Shown: positions 1-12,968 of the stretch, one piece after another
How the letters are laid out: each line of letters begins with the position of its first letter
Position numbering within the stretch: the stretch's first letter is position 1
Origin: Octopus vulgaris
Taxonomy: Eukaryota
Direction of reading: 5' to 3'
Assembly: GCA_951406725.2 (NCBI GenBank)
Contig: OX597814.1
Location: 46,376,001 to 46,440,000 of the forward strand
DNA length: 64,000 nucleotides
Notes under the pieces: model-generated
The model's input: only the letters and a program-made list of their open reading frames with translations
The model's database searches: none
What the model was told of the DNA's origin: nothing
Translations under genes and position numbers: made by a program

Positions 1-720
1 ATGGCAACATTATTGGTGATATTCCAATGATGAAATAGGTTATGTGTCTCATCATTACCATGTTAGAATTATGTATTTATCATCTTACCTTTTCATTAAG
101 TCTGAAAGTTGGTTAGCAGTTAATGACACGTAGGTATGTAGATGAGATATTTTTACCTTGTTTAGTTTGTGGGTATATTGTATGGTTGATGTTTTCCCCC
201 AGTTTGTAATTTGTTAAAACACAGAGCCTTAGTTTCAAAGATTTTCTTGTTTTTAAAATTATAAATTTGGAATATTGTTCTATCATCTTATTTTTATATA
301 ATTGCATTTTGTTTAAAGAAGTGTATGCTTTGAACTTTGGCTCTGCCAATTTACATTATTATTACATTTGTAATTGTAATATGAGAATATAAATTACTTC
401 ATGTATTATACTTGTCATTTAAGTGGTTTATTGTGTTGTCAGCTGGTCTCTGGTGGTGACTAGTAGAGTTGATAAATGAAATTGTGTTTCTTGGGTTGTG
501 TGGAGAAGTATAGCCTGCAAACATCTAATAGATTTTATTATTGCACAAGTCAAACTGCACCAATCTTTTATGGATGACATCAGTAAGAATTACATACTGG
601 GAGACATATATTGTTTACAACAAGCTACTGATATGGCAACATGTGGCTGGCCCAACGTAACTGGAAACAACTGTGCTATTTTTGTGACAATAGAGATTCT
701 GATCATCTATCTGCCATCTA

Positions 721-1960
721 CAGGGCTTGGACAAAATAATGGAAACACCTTAAAATTTCAAACAAATTTATTTTAATATGGGGTAGGACTGCCTTTGGCA
801 GTAATTACAGCTTGAATTTTATGAGATATGGACTTATACAAAATTTGAATTGTTTCCAAAGGAATTTTTATCCGTTCTTTAGCTAAAACAGTTTCCAGTT
901 CTTGTAGTGATGATGGTGGGGGATATCAACTCCTTACTTGTTTTTCAAAAATGCACCATAAATATTCAATAATATTGAGATCTGGGAATTGTGGTGGCCA
1001 GAAAAGATGTTCAACTTCACCAAAATGTTCCTTGTGCCATTCAGTAACAACTTTAGCTGTGTGAATTGGTGCATTAACATCCTGAAAGATTGCGTTTTCC
1101 TCCGGAAGCAGTTCCGCAACCATAAGATGAATTTGATCAGATAAAATGCTTAAATAGTCTTGACTATTAATTCTGCCATGAAGGGAAACCATTGGGCCAG
1201 TGGATTTCCAAGATATAGACCCCACCCCAGATCATCACAGATCCTCCTCCATGTTTAACAGTTGGAAGAAGGCAGTCTGGGTCAAATGCTTCTTTTAGCT
1301 GTCTCCACATGTATACTCGGCCAGTGGTCGGAAATAAGGTAAAGAATGACTTTTTCGAGAAAATAACATTCTTCCATTGCTCTAGGGACAAATTCTGTAG
1401 GTTTTAACTCCACTCTAAATGCTCTGCAACGTTTGATTTTGAAAGTAGTGGTTTTCTGCTTGCAGCCATACCATGAAATCCAGCTTTGTGAATCTCTCGA
1501 TGAGCAGTTTTTGTGGAAACTGGGTTCTCAAGGTGGTCATGTATTTTTGTGATCCTTTCTAACAATTTGCGCAAGAGTCCAATGGTCTCTATCTGAAAGT
1601 TTTGGTTTTCTTCCAGAGTTTTGTTTGGATGAGGAGGTTTTTCCTTCTTTCTCAAAGGCTGTCATTACTTTTGAGACAGTACTTCTTGATACACCAAACA
1701 TTTTGGCTGTTTTTTTACACTAGTGCCTGCCATACGAGCACCAACAATTTGACCTCTTTGAAAGTCTGATAGATCTGAATTTTAATTACCTTTTCCTGAT
1801 GATATCTGAAAAGTAACAGCAATTTTAGCAAAACATATTAAGCAACACTAATAATAAATCAAAAAAATATAAAAATATACAAGCTTTTGATGGTTTTATA
1901 GATATTTCAAAATTATGATGCTATGATGCTAGATGTTTCTATTATTTTGCCCAACCCTTG
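721..1960 (-). mobile_element. Tc1-family DNA transposon remnant with frameshifted transposase
   Basis: 30-bp TIRs (721 CAGGGCTTGGACAAAATAATGGAAACACCT vs reverse complement of 1931-1960 CAAGGGTTGGGCAAAATAATAGAAACATCT), TA on the left flank. Minus-strand ORF pieces 926-1655 carry Tc1 motifs: WKNVIFS, TVKHGGGSVMIWG, FQDVNAPIH, WPPQFPDLNIIEYLW. Confidence 0.93.
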
Positions 1961-2479
1961 CATCTTAACTATTTTCCTGGGTCATCTGTCTGTGGCAAGA
2001 ATAGAGACACATCATGCGACTGTAAAGAGTATAGGCACCAAAAGCAGCTTTTTATAGGGCACAGGAAGAAGATTCCGAAAGATTGAATCATGCGACTGTG
2101 GTTCAATCATGATGTATAAACCAGTTACCTGGCAGTTTGGTTTCAAATCACTACTACAAACTATTTGAGCTTTACTGCTATTTTAAAGCTATACTGTTCT
2201 TTTATGTTTGCTTTCATAGGTCTAGTCAATTCTGACTTGTTACTGAGATTCATGCATATAAATCTTTGTGTGGAACCATTTTAAGGATGGTTTTAATTAT
2301 GACCTGTTATGTATGAAATAGAGTTTTGTAGAAAAATATCTCTGTCTCTTTATGTCATAAAGTATTTGGTTAGAAATGCTTAAAACAGCTTTTTTGGTTA
2401 TGCTGTGCTCCTAATAAAGTATGTTTATAGTCATTCAACTATTGGTACCTATTCAGAGAGAATTAACAATAGGATAGTT

Positions 2480-2560
2480 ATAGCTATAGCACAGCTGTAG
2501 CAATAGCACAGCCATAGCAATAGCACTTCTATAACAATAACACAGCTATTGCAATAGCTA
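2480..2560. repeat. degenerate ~17-bp tandem repeat (ATAGCACAGCTATAGCA-like)
   Basis: About 4-5 imperfect units read directly. Confidence 0.6.
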
Positions 2561-4175
2561 AAGATTAATAATGAGGAATTCTAAGTCCAAGCCTCTAACC
2601 GATCTATTCTGTTATGGTATTTTGTGGAGAGTCTCTTGTAGAAGTCTCACCATGCAGCTTAACAATACTGCCCAGTCCTTGTTCTTTATCTGAGTATATT
2701 CAGATCAGGTCACTGGTCTCACAATAAACCATGAGTCATGGTTTCTTTCTCCCTCTCCCCTTGGGAATTTTGCAAAAACAGTCATGAGAACTGCCCCTTC
2801 TCCCATGACTAATTCACAGCAAAACAAAAAAATAATATCAGTGGTGCAAGATGTAAAAAGGTTGTTTAGAGGGGGAGGGGCAAGATGTGTAAAAAGTGGA
2901 ATGGGAGTATTCAGTAGATGAACGCATGACTGATTAGTATGTCTTTCAGCTGTTAATGATTATATTAGTGAACATATCTTTGTAACTTTAAATTAATGAA
3001 ATATCATTTCTATGAGTTATTGTTGAGACTTGATCATATATTCATTAAGAGTATATTTTTATACTTCTCTGTTGTGGGCATTTTGCTACATTTTCTTGTT
3101 TAGCCCCTCCAAGTCAGCTCTGATCAATTCCTTGGCAAAGGTATTGCAGCCAAGACTGTTCCCATCCCTTTCATAGCCATAATGTAGTGCACTATTCACA
3201 CAATATACCACATATCCAATACATCCTTCTTTTCAAATGTGATAGATGCAATTTGAGAGGAATTTGGCTGCTATTTTCAGCAAGATAATCAACTATATTG
3301 AATCCTCCCTCCACCTTATTGATTATATTGTATACAGAGATATTTACTTATGGAGATGGCAGGTCTAAAGTAGAGCTATCTTTTGCTGGTATTTGTAATA
3401 TTTTTGTTGTCTACCATGTGTTGACCCCAAAACCGATATGGAGTGCCTGTCTGTTCCTTTATATATGTTATGGTTTGATTCAGTTTGCAATATGTTGTTT
3501 AAAAAAGGCTTTGGGTACAATCTTATGTTAACTGTATGGCTTTTGTCTGCTCTCCTTAAAGTAAAACTTTGGATTATTACTTTTTCTTTTATGACAATGT
3601 TTACCTCAACTTATATGCAAACGTACAGCATACAATAGAAATAATTCAAAGCAAATTAGGTAGCCTATATAAGAATGGTTGCTTAAGAGAGACTGGCTGC
3701 TTGAAAAACATGTTTATGTTGTTGACCAAAGTTCCTAAAGTTCTATTTATTTTGTGAAATTTGTATAACAGAATGTCTGTTACAAATAAAATCAGAAATT
3801 CTCATGCAGGTAGTGACTGATATTTGAAATACAACACGTCTTTCTTAACTCCTTACATACATTCTATTTTACAAACACTAATCATGAAAGATTTTCTTCT
3901 GTCTTCCTCACATACATCTCTTCTGTCTTCATTCACTATGTTTCATTTTCCTATTCTATAGAACTATTGACATATCCTTTAGCTTCCTTTATTGTTTTTG
4001 AGTAGATCCCGGTACCCTTTTTCAATCAGATCTATAATAATAAGGTGTGGTTGTAACTCACATTCTAATACAAGGGTATGCCAAATGTTATGTATAGACT
4101 GAACCAGACATTTTATTTGTGGCTACACTAGAAACAGTGAATATAAATACTGGTTGAGTAAAAATTTAGGCTTCA

Positions 4176-4383
4176 CTCTTTAGCATTCAGATTATTCTGT
4201 CAAATGTAATGCTTATTCATATTGTTTTGTATTAATCACAAAATTATCTTTTAGCTTTGAAATTTTCATGATGTGATGGTTTATTTTGAGAACAATATTG
4301 TAGAGTAGGTGTGAGAGGCCATACCTGGCCTAGGTTGAACATGAAACAGATGGAATATTTGAGCTGGTTTAAATGCTAAAGGT
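4176..4383. mobile_element. MITE, piggyBac-like (TTAA-type)
   Basis: Ends ttca|CTCTTTAGCATT...AATGCTAAAGGT|ttaa form an imperfect short TIR with TTAA-like flanks. Confidence 0.5.
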
Positions 4384-4434
4384 TTAAACAATTTGTGTGG
4401 AATCTATTTTAGTGTACATATATATATATATATA

Positions 4435-4657
4435 TATACAATATGTTACATTACTCGGTAGTCAAGATAAAACTCTGAGTTTCAGATGCCGAAGTGGAAA
4501 TCCACAACACCATCTGAAATCCATAACACCACTTCGGCATCTGAAACTCAGAGTTTAATCTTGACTACCGAGTAATGTAACATATTGTATAGATAAATTT
4601 CCTCTATTTACATAATATTGAGGTCTCTTTCTTTCTTTTGTTATCTTACCGTTTTAT

Positions 4658-4660
<3 letters not shown>
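4435..4660. repeat. (TA)n-flanked short element with a 63-bp inverted repeat
   Basis: Arms 4435-4497 and 4529-4591 differ by one mismatch. The distal end (4630-4660) recurs inverted at ~51278-51305. Confidence 0.8.
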
Positions 4661-4712
<52 letters not shown>

Positions 4713-4866
4713 GTTTGTTGGATAAGTTGACATATTTTAGTTTGGGATTATACAAGTTGTATAAAGAAAGTTTTTGCTTAAATCAAGAATATAGTTGTAG
4801 GGGATATAGAATAAATTAGATTGTGGACATCTCAAATAATCACTATTTTTTTTATTTCATAAAATG

Positions 4867-5266
4867 TTACTCTTTTACTTGTTTCAGTCGTATGACTGCG
4901 ACCATGCTGGAGCACTGCCTTTAGTCAAGCAAATCGACCCCAGGACTTATTCTTTGTAAGCCTAGTACTTATTCTATCGGTCTCTTTTGCCAAACTGCTA
5001 GGTTACAGGGACGTAAACACACCAGCATCAGTTGTCAATGTTGGGGGAACAAACACAGACACACAAACACACACACACACACACATATATATACATATAC
5101 GTATATATGATGGGCTTCTTTCAGTTTCCGTCTACCAAATCCACTCACAAGGCTTTGGTTGGCCCGAGGCTATAGTAGAAGACACTTGCCCAAGGTGCCA
5201 TGCAGTGGGACTGAACCCAAAACCATGTGGTTGGTAAGCAAGCTACTTACCACACAGCCACTCCTG
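4867..5266 (-). mobile_element. tRNA-derived CORE-type SINE (octopus OR-like)
   Basis: Minus-strand head with A box TGGCTGTGTGG, B box GGTTCAGTCCC and CORE-like CCTTGGGCAAGTG, internal (CA/TA)n, tail GAAACAAGTAAAAGAGT. Homologous to copies at 22274, 38139 and 63635. Confidence 0.88.
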
Positions 5267-5364
5267 TTACCAATAAATTACTTTTAAACAGGTCCTTACT
5301 GCCTTAAAGATGAAGACACATTTAAAAAATCATAAATTTAAAGTCAGCATTTCCCTAATGAAAA

Positions 5365-5575
5365 CATCATCATCATCATCATCATTTAACACCTATACAC
5401 CAACCATACTGACATGGGTTGAATGGTTCAACAAGATGAAACAAGTTGGAGGGCTGCATTGTACTCTGATGTCTACCTTGGCATGGTGTCTGCACCTAGA
5501 TGCCCTTCTTAATCTTAACCATTTTACAAGTCATACTATGTGCTTTTGTTGACACCAGCATTAGTGAGGTTGCCA
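5365..5575 (-). mobile_element. degenerate RTE-LINE 3' end
   Basis: (CAT)n tail and similarity to the RTE 3' UTR at 17220-17394. Confidence 0.6.
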
Positions 5576-5580
5576 TGAAA

Positions 5581-5832
5581 AGCTTTATCTGCGACGATTT
5601 CATCTCAATTGAAGGAGAGGGGCTTTCTCCGTCCGGGTTGCGGATCCGTGGAATAAGCTTCCGGACGAGATAGTGAAGATGCCGACGACCGCTCAGTTCA
5701 AAGTCTCTCTTGACCAGAAATGGCCTGAACTCTTTGCATGAACACCCTCCCTGTACATAACTCCATGTCCCCCTACATGGCCTTGCTTTTTGTTTTTTGA
5801 GCCAAAAAATTAACTTAACTTAACTTAACTTA
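5581..5832 (+). mobile_element. 5'-truncated CR1 LINE 3' end
   Basis: Translates as RRGAFSVRVADPWNKLPDEIVKMPTTAQFKVSLDQKW (CR1 ORF2 C-terminus), followed by a 3' UTR and a (TAACT)n tail. Confidence 0.8.
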
Positions 5833-6349
5833 AGACTAAGGATACCCCACAGCTCAGTAGAAGTATTGTAGAGAGGGACATAGCTTTATGCTAAGTGTTG
5901 AAATTTATACCCCTACTGTCCCTCCAACTCATATTTATCATCAGTCACCCCTCTACCTTTGTTTACCATTAATCACACTGACCATCCTACCCCAGCCTCA
6001 TTTCTGACCCCAACTTATTCTCATACATTCTTGCAATCTCTACTCACACACTCTTCCTGTTCCTCTGTCCTCACTCTCTCTTCATTTCACCTCTTGTACT
6101 TTAACGCTCACCTTGACACCTCACCACTTTATCTCTCTTTCCAGCTCTCCACCAATTACTCTCACCCATTCTTATTTAATACAAGATAACCATGTATTTT
6201 CTCTACAGCAACAAACCTGTTACTACTCTTCTTTCGTATTTTAACCTCCCAACACCTAGCATAAAACCATTTCCCTCTTTGAGAAATGCATATTGAATAT
6301 AACAACATGAACAACTTTTGTATCAGAGATTGGCTGTACCACATGATGC

Positions 6350-6500
6350 AAGCATAGCTGTGTGGTTAAGTTCACTTTGCAACTATGTCATTTCAGGTTT
6401 GATTCTACTGTACAACATTATGAGTAACAGCCTTACCCTTGGATCGACTCAAGCCTTATGAGTGAAATCTGGAAGATGGCAACTGTGTGGAAGGCCTATT
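6350..6500 (+). mobile_element. degenerate tRNA-CORE SINE 5' part
   Basis: TAGCTGTGTGGTTAAG head and AAGCCTTATGAGTGAAATCTGGAAGATGGCAACTG resemble the SINE at 38139. Confidence 0.5.
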
Positions 6501-6699
6501 CCCATTTTAGGGTGGTAGACTTAACGTGTCACCTGGTTTAGTGTCACTACCTGTGCCCTTGAATACCTTTATCAGAAGACACTCATTTGTAAGAATTTGG
6601 GTCATAAACCTGCCTCCCCCCCCCCCTCTCTCTCTCTCACTCACTTACTCACGCTTCTGATAAATATTTAAAAAAACAGCAATAATAGAATTTAAGAAA

Positions 6700-6840
6700 A
6701 AACACTGTAAAGTAGTTGGCATTAGGAAAGGCACTCAGTTGTAGAAATCATGCTGAGGCTGACATTGGGACTTGTCACAGCCCTTCAAACCACTCAATCC
6801 ATGCAAACGTGGAAAGCAAACACTAAATTTCATGATGGTA
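6700..6840 (+). mobile_element. degenerate RTE 3' end
   Basis: GTTGGCATTAGGAAAGGCA...CCATGCAAACGTGGAAAGC match the RTE 3' UTR. Confidence 0.55.
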
Positions 6841-7445
6841 ATGCTTCTACTGCTGCTACTGCTGCTGCTGCTGGTGGTGGTGGTGGTGGTGTCAAAAGTT
6901 TGAGGAAAACATTTGCTCTTTGGTGTCTTTTAAAAATATTCTTGTTTTTTTTTTCTATTATATTCTTTCTTTTTGTTCTTTGCATACGGATGTTGACACC
7001 CAGGGGTACTTAGATAAATAAGGTTATACTTTAAATAGTTATCATAACTCTAACTGTTTTAGTTTCAACACACAATCTCAGACTTGCTAAACAAGTATGA
7101 CTACTTTTGTTAAACATTTTTGATGGTTTTTTTATTTTTACACTGAATTTATTCTTGTGAACTATATTTGTAGGATGAGATTTTTCAGAACTTTAGTGAT
7201 GTATTCAAGAAGAAATGCTGTTGACCATAAATATGTAAAAGAAATAGTCATAAGATACATAGAGTAATTTCTATACAGATTGTAATTTGTAAAGTCTGCT
7301 TGAATGGAATGATTGGGTGACAAAGAAATTGGTTTCATTGCTGGACTGCTTTTTTGAAAAAACATAAAAGAAATTTGTACAGGAATATTCAGAAATTTTT
7401 TTATATATGAATAGATGAATGGAGACACATGCACACATGCATGCA

Positions 7446-7499
<54 letters not shown>

Positions 7500-8139
7500 C
7501 CTCCTAATGCCCAATTGGTTGCCCAGCTAATTGATAATGACTCACCAATTCTCTACAATCATTGGCCAACAAGTTTTGCCTCTATAACTACTTTCCTTAT
7601 TGTGTCTCACTATACCAATTCTTCATTAAACTTTTTGATATCAACCTGCCTGTGGCTGATCTGGTTCTACAATACATCTTTTTTCTTTTAAACTGATTTA
7701 AATAAAAATTTTGTTCAAAATTTCATGATAATTTATGTTCCAAACACTAGGTTAATGACAATTATTTTATTAAATCATTCCTTATTTTCAAAAGTATTTG
7801 AAACAAAGCAGAGTATTTCAATAGAAATGTAGTTACAAAAACAGTTTAAACATTTTGCTCAGTTCCCTTAGAATTCCTTCTGCAGAACTGTATCGTGTGG
7901 GAACTCCATGGAATACTTATAGAAAGTCTAATTGAACACTATCAGCATTCATCCAGGTTAGTCTGGAACAGCCTGCACAATTCATGGGAAGTCATGGAAC
8001 TAAGTGTTGAAGGTCAATCTCAAAACACTGAACCTTATGAAGGAGATGACAGAGGATCAAGATATGTGTTGCATTACTGACTTTAGAAGACCTGCCCACC
8101 ACAACAGAATTAAGATCCAAAAACCAAAGTGTCATTGAT

Positions 8140-8336
8140 GTGAATGCTGGTACCACAAAAAAAGCACCTAGTACACTCTGTGGAGTGGTTGGCATTAGGA
8201 AGGGTATCCAGCCATAGAAATTAAGCCAAAACAGACTATGTAATCTGGTGCAGCCCCTGACCTTGCCAGTTCCTGTCAGGCCATCCAATCCATGCCAGCA
8301 TGGAAAACGGATGAATGATAATGGTGATGATGATAA
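8140..8336 (+). mobile_element. RTE-LINE 3' end
   Basis: GAGTGGTTGGCATTAGGAAGGGTATCCAGCC...CCATGCCAGCATGGAAAACGG followed by a (GAT)n tail. Confidence 0.75.
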
Positions 8337-9542
8337 TACCATAGGCACAAGGCCATGAATTATAAGGGAGTGGAATAAGTCAATTATATTAACACTAATG
8401 GATGATTAGTAATTAATTTCTAGAAGAATAAAAATAAAGTTCATCTTGGTGAGTTCTGAACTCAGAATGTAAAAAACTTCACTGAATACAAGTCATTTTG
8501 TCTGATGCTTTACTGATTCTTCTAATCCACCACTTTCAGTACAAATCATTATAATTATAAATCCTGCTACAATATAATAAGGAAATTTTCTGAACAATCT
8601 TATTATTGTCTTTAAAAGAAAGCAAGTGGTGACCCACATGTTTAAAAAATGAAAATTAGTTGTCCATGTTTATGTATAATGAAGGTTCTGAGTTCCTTTA
8701 CAATATACACTATCACCACCATTACAACCATCAGCAAATGACATCTTATGTACAGTAATATATTCAAACTTTTAGGACAGTGTATTCTTTTAATGGGAGA
8801 TGTATGTTTATTGACAAAGATTCTCATAACTTTTATTGGATATTCTATTCTTTTCTTGTGTGTCTGTACTTTTTTATATTCTTTTTTTATAGTGCTATCT
8901 ACTCCTTCCACCAAGCACACCTTACTCTTCTGAACCATATCCCCATCCCATTTCATTCAAGTTCTCTACTCAGACACTGTGTTGGTACTTTGATGGTACA
9001 CCATTTTTTTTTTATTGACGGAAATATAATAAGCTTAATGTGTTACCTAGTTTAACACCATCAACTAATTCTTGTATACTAGTCATAGATATAATTATGG
9101 CCCATGGGATTTTCTGAATAGCTCACTTAACAGAGAATTACCTTCAAGGTTTTTAGTAGTATCACTCATCTAATGCTGAACCATGTTTCATGCAAGCTGC
9201 TTCTCGAAAAAGTTTGCCCATGCCTGATGTATATCTTTGAAAGAATTCATTCTGTTGTAAGCATTCTGATTAAATTTCCATTTCCCTCCTCACTCACATT
9301 TTTACTGCTGACATTGATCTGCGGATGTCCTGCTTGGACATCAATTACATAAATTTCATAAATCTGGGAAGACCTGCAAAGGTTATGACCACTCCTACTC
9401 TGACTAACAGGGTATACACTATGTCAGACCATGAATGGTTTGAAGTGATAAAAAAAATCATCTGTCTATAGAAAGGCTAGTGTAGGGAGATGAAACCAAA
9501 TACTTGGATAGACTGAAGTTGATATTATGTAGATTGATGTGT

Positions 9543-9576
<34 letters not shown>

Positions 9577-12520
9577 AGAGAGAGAGGGAGAGCTATGTCA
9601 TCACATGTTGTAATGAAGCTATTTGGCAAGAGATATCTAGAAAGGAGAATTGAGTAGAGTCCATAAATGGACAACTTTATCAGAAATGTCTCTTGTCAGG
9701 TTGAGTTGAAGATTTTGCTGACGTCATGTACAATAACACTGCTGTCATCAAAGTTCTCAAGAATAACATACCACTGGTGAGGGATTTACAAAAGCAAGTC
9801 TCTAGAAGCTACACTTGCACTCTAGACCTAAGTGAGCAGTATTAAAAAGTCTTACAACTGATGATGATGGCAACAAGTGTTGCTACAAGTAAGTCATTGA
9901 AGAACTTTTGTCAATGTCATTTGACCAAGCACACACACACAAAACAATGGGCCTCTATTTCATGACTAGAGCAGCAAATCAGTTTAGCAAAATTTTTCAC
10001 AGCAATACTTCATGTGTCAGTGTACTGCTGAATAGAGAGGAAGAACAAAGGCAAAAAATTGCAAAGTTCAGGAAAAAAAATGAAAACAATTTTTCAGAAG
10101 GTATACTAACTCTCTACAAGCTATATCAATAAGCACTGCAAAGAATACATCTTACCTGTGCAATGTTTAAAATTGTATTTGTTTGAGATGTTTATTGATT
10201 GTTGAAATCATCTTTTGTCACATGGTTTTTGAATAATAAGTATAATAGTAGACTTGTCAGTCCTTGTACTTGAACACAGCTGTTATTTAACTGTGGGAAG
10301 ATGAGATTATGATGTTATCAATATAGGCTACATTGTACAATAGAGTTGATAAATGATATATTGAACTCTGTATGCAAAACAATTTTCAATAATTAAATTT
10401 TTTCTTTAGTTGCAGAAGGGAAACTAAAACTAGCAATAGTTGTTGGTGACTCTCAAAGAAAAGGATAGGTAATCTCAAGAAATTAATAATGAATATCTTA
10501 AAGTTTATATACTTAGCATGAAGTCTGACATTTGCTGTGAAAGGACAACTATAAACATACTTCAGTTTAACAGACCTCATCACCGTAGCATATAATCTAT
10601 TCAAACCTCCTTTTTGTTTTTATTTTAGTCAGAAAGAGGACACTGCCCAGGGCTTCCTAGACTAGTAGGAAGGAGGTAGGAAGGTATCCCCAAACTGGAC
10701 ACCTAACCTGAATACTACAACAGACTGGACTCTGCTAAAAGGACCTAAAAAAGTTTTGATTGTGGTTGGTTAAACTGGAGAGGAAATTGAGTTGACATTT
10801 AATTGACAAAGATTTTTCAAATCGAATTACAAATGTTTGCTTCATATAATTTGAATAATCAAAAAAGTAAAACAAAATGAACTAAGGGAAATAACTCAAG
10901 TGAACCAATGCATGAATTTGGATTAGTAATTTAAGAAGTAATGTACTGAATGTACAATTTGAATTATTTCGAGTAGTTCAAGTTTGGTTTTTGAGATGTT
11001 ATCCATGTGTATTAGAAGAAAATTTAATATATCTAATAAGAGTTATTTTCAGAAAGTTAAATGGGTATCAATTCTGAAAATGTGTCTCAAAGATGTTCAG
11101 TTTGAGCATGAGTAGGAATTAGGGTGAGATCTTGGAGGGTCGAATAAGACACAATATGGAATGTTATTAAAAAAACCAACAACATTTTATATAATTCAAA
11201 ATTCTAATAGGAAGTGAAATACATTTATTTTTACTTAAATTAATATAATCTTTCAACTACTTTGATCTTAAAAGAAAAAAGAAGACATTTCACCATTTTA
11301 AGTTTTACATGAGTACAGTTTACTATGATCTGAAAAAAAAACACATTGGGTTATGTAATTACAAGAATTAAAATGTTAAATATTTTTAGAACTTGTTTGA
11401 TATCCATTTATAACGTCATTTACTGTTAATTTTTACATATAGAAACCCTCCAGACAAAGTACAAGAATACTGTCCTCTCTAGATTTCATTTTCTCATAAT
11501 TCATCATAAAATGAAATAACTTCAGCTTCAACATATCTATATATTAAAAGAAAGTGAATTAATGCTTTTCATTCATGAAAAATAGTTTCAGTAAAATTCC
11601 AAGTACTGAAAAATAAATGCACTTAATTATATGTTATTAATCAACTGAATAAAAACATTAGAAAATGAGTTTATAAAAGAATGGTGATTCCTTTCCTTTT
11701 CAGTAAAAAGAAGATAATACAAAGGGAAAAGAAAATGCTATCTATTACTGTTCATAACAAAGTAGGAAAATATGTGATGAAGGAAAGGAAAAAAAGGAGA
11801 CTACAAAGAATAATTCCCAGTATTTTTCAGTTATGGCCAAATAGAAGAATGGAAATTAATATTAATGTTTCCTGGGATACCCTTTCTGTTATTGATTTCT
11901 TACATAGCATAAGGCCAATGTATATGAATTGATTCCAACATATTACTGGTTAACTGAAAAGAGATGAGTTCCTCCAAAGTGATTTGCTCTCAATACACTG
12001 CATGGAAATGAACTCTTTACTTCTGACTTACTGACCCATTTAAGTTGCCAGAGACATTTTCATAACTGATAATTCTTTTATCAACACTACAAAGATAATA
12101 AATAAATAAATTCCAACCACACTTCGGCTGAAACCAAAAGGGATAAATCTAATCATAATCTCTAGTATCTATATTGGTGAAGGGCCATAGTCCAGTAGAT
12201 ATGGTATCAGACTTATGATTGTTAGGTTGAGAGTTCAATTCTCAGACCAGTTAGCATGTTTCATTCTTGATTAAAGTACTTCCTTCAATGTAGCTTCAGT
12301 AAACTCTGATAAAAATGACAACCTGTGGCCTCAGGGAAACTGACCATGGGAGAGACTGCTCACCCATAGAAGTAGGGACTGTTCTACTCTAAGCATGAAT
12401 GTCTTGAAAATCTGGATAAGTTTTCACCTTGTGTGTACATAGGCTTGAGGCAGACTCTTTGTTGTTTCGGTCATCTCCATTAGCATCTACCCTTGATATA
12501 TTTTAATGATTTCTACAAAC

Positions 12521-12968
12521 CACGAAGCTCATTTTTATAAAAGATAAGTGAGGTCAGATGTATGAAGCCTAGACTATTATTGGTAATTAGCTTTTAACTC
12601 TTAGTTGGTTGAAAGGCAAAGGTGCCAGTTGCTGAATTAAAATTCAGAACACAGAAGGATAAAAAAAAATTTTGCAAGCCTGTTTTTACTATTGCCGTCA
12701 GTTCAATACAGCCATGCATTGTGAATAATAATGATTTCTAATAGTGTCACAAGGCTTAGAGGAAAGAAGAATAATCAAATAATTGAATTGATTCTAGTAT
12801 ATGCCCAGTATTGAACTGACTCGTGAGAGATGAGAAGCAAATCAACTACAGCTGGACTTCAACTCAAAACACAAGGGAATAAATACAATACTCAAAGGAA
12901 TTTATCTAGTCTAGAATTCAACCATCTCTCCCATTCCACTGACTTCCATTCTCGATATTAATATTTCT
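12521..12968 (+). repeat. ~445-bp direct repeat, copy 1 (left of Gypsy element)
   Basis: Colinear with 17787-18231 (GAAGCTCATTTTTA...GATATTAAYATTTCT). Confidence 0.9.

Noticed and set aside
9140-10290. Minus-strand exon-like segments with AG/GT boundaries
   Set aside because: Stops in all frames between the candidate sites and no recognisable protein.
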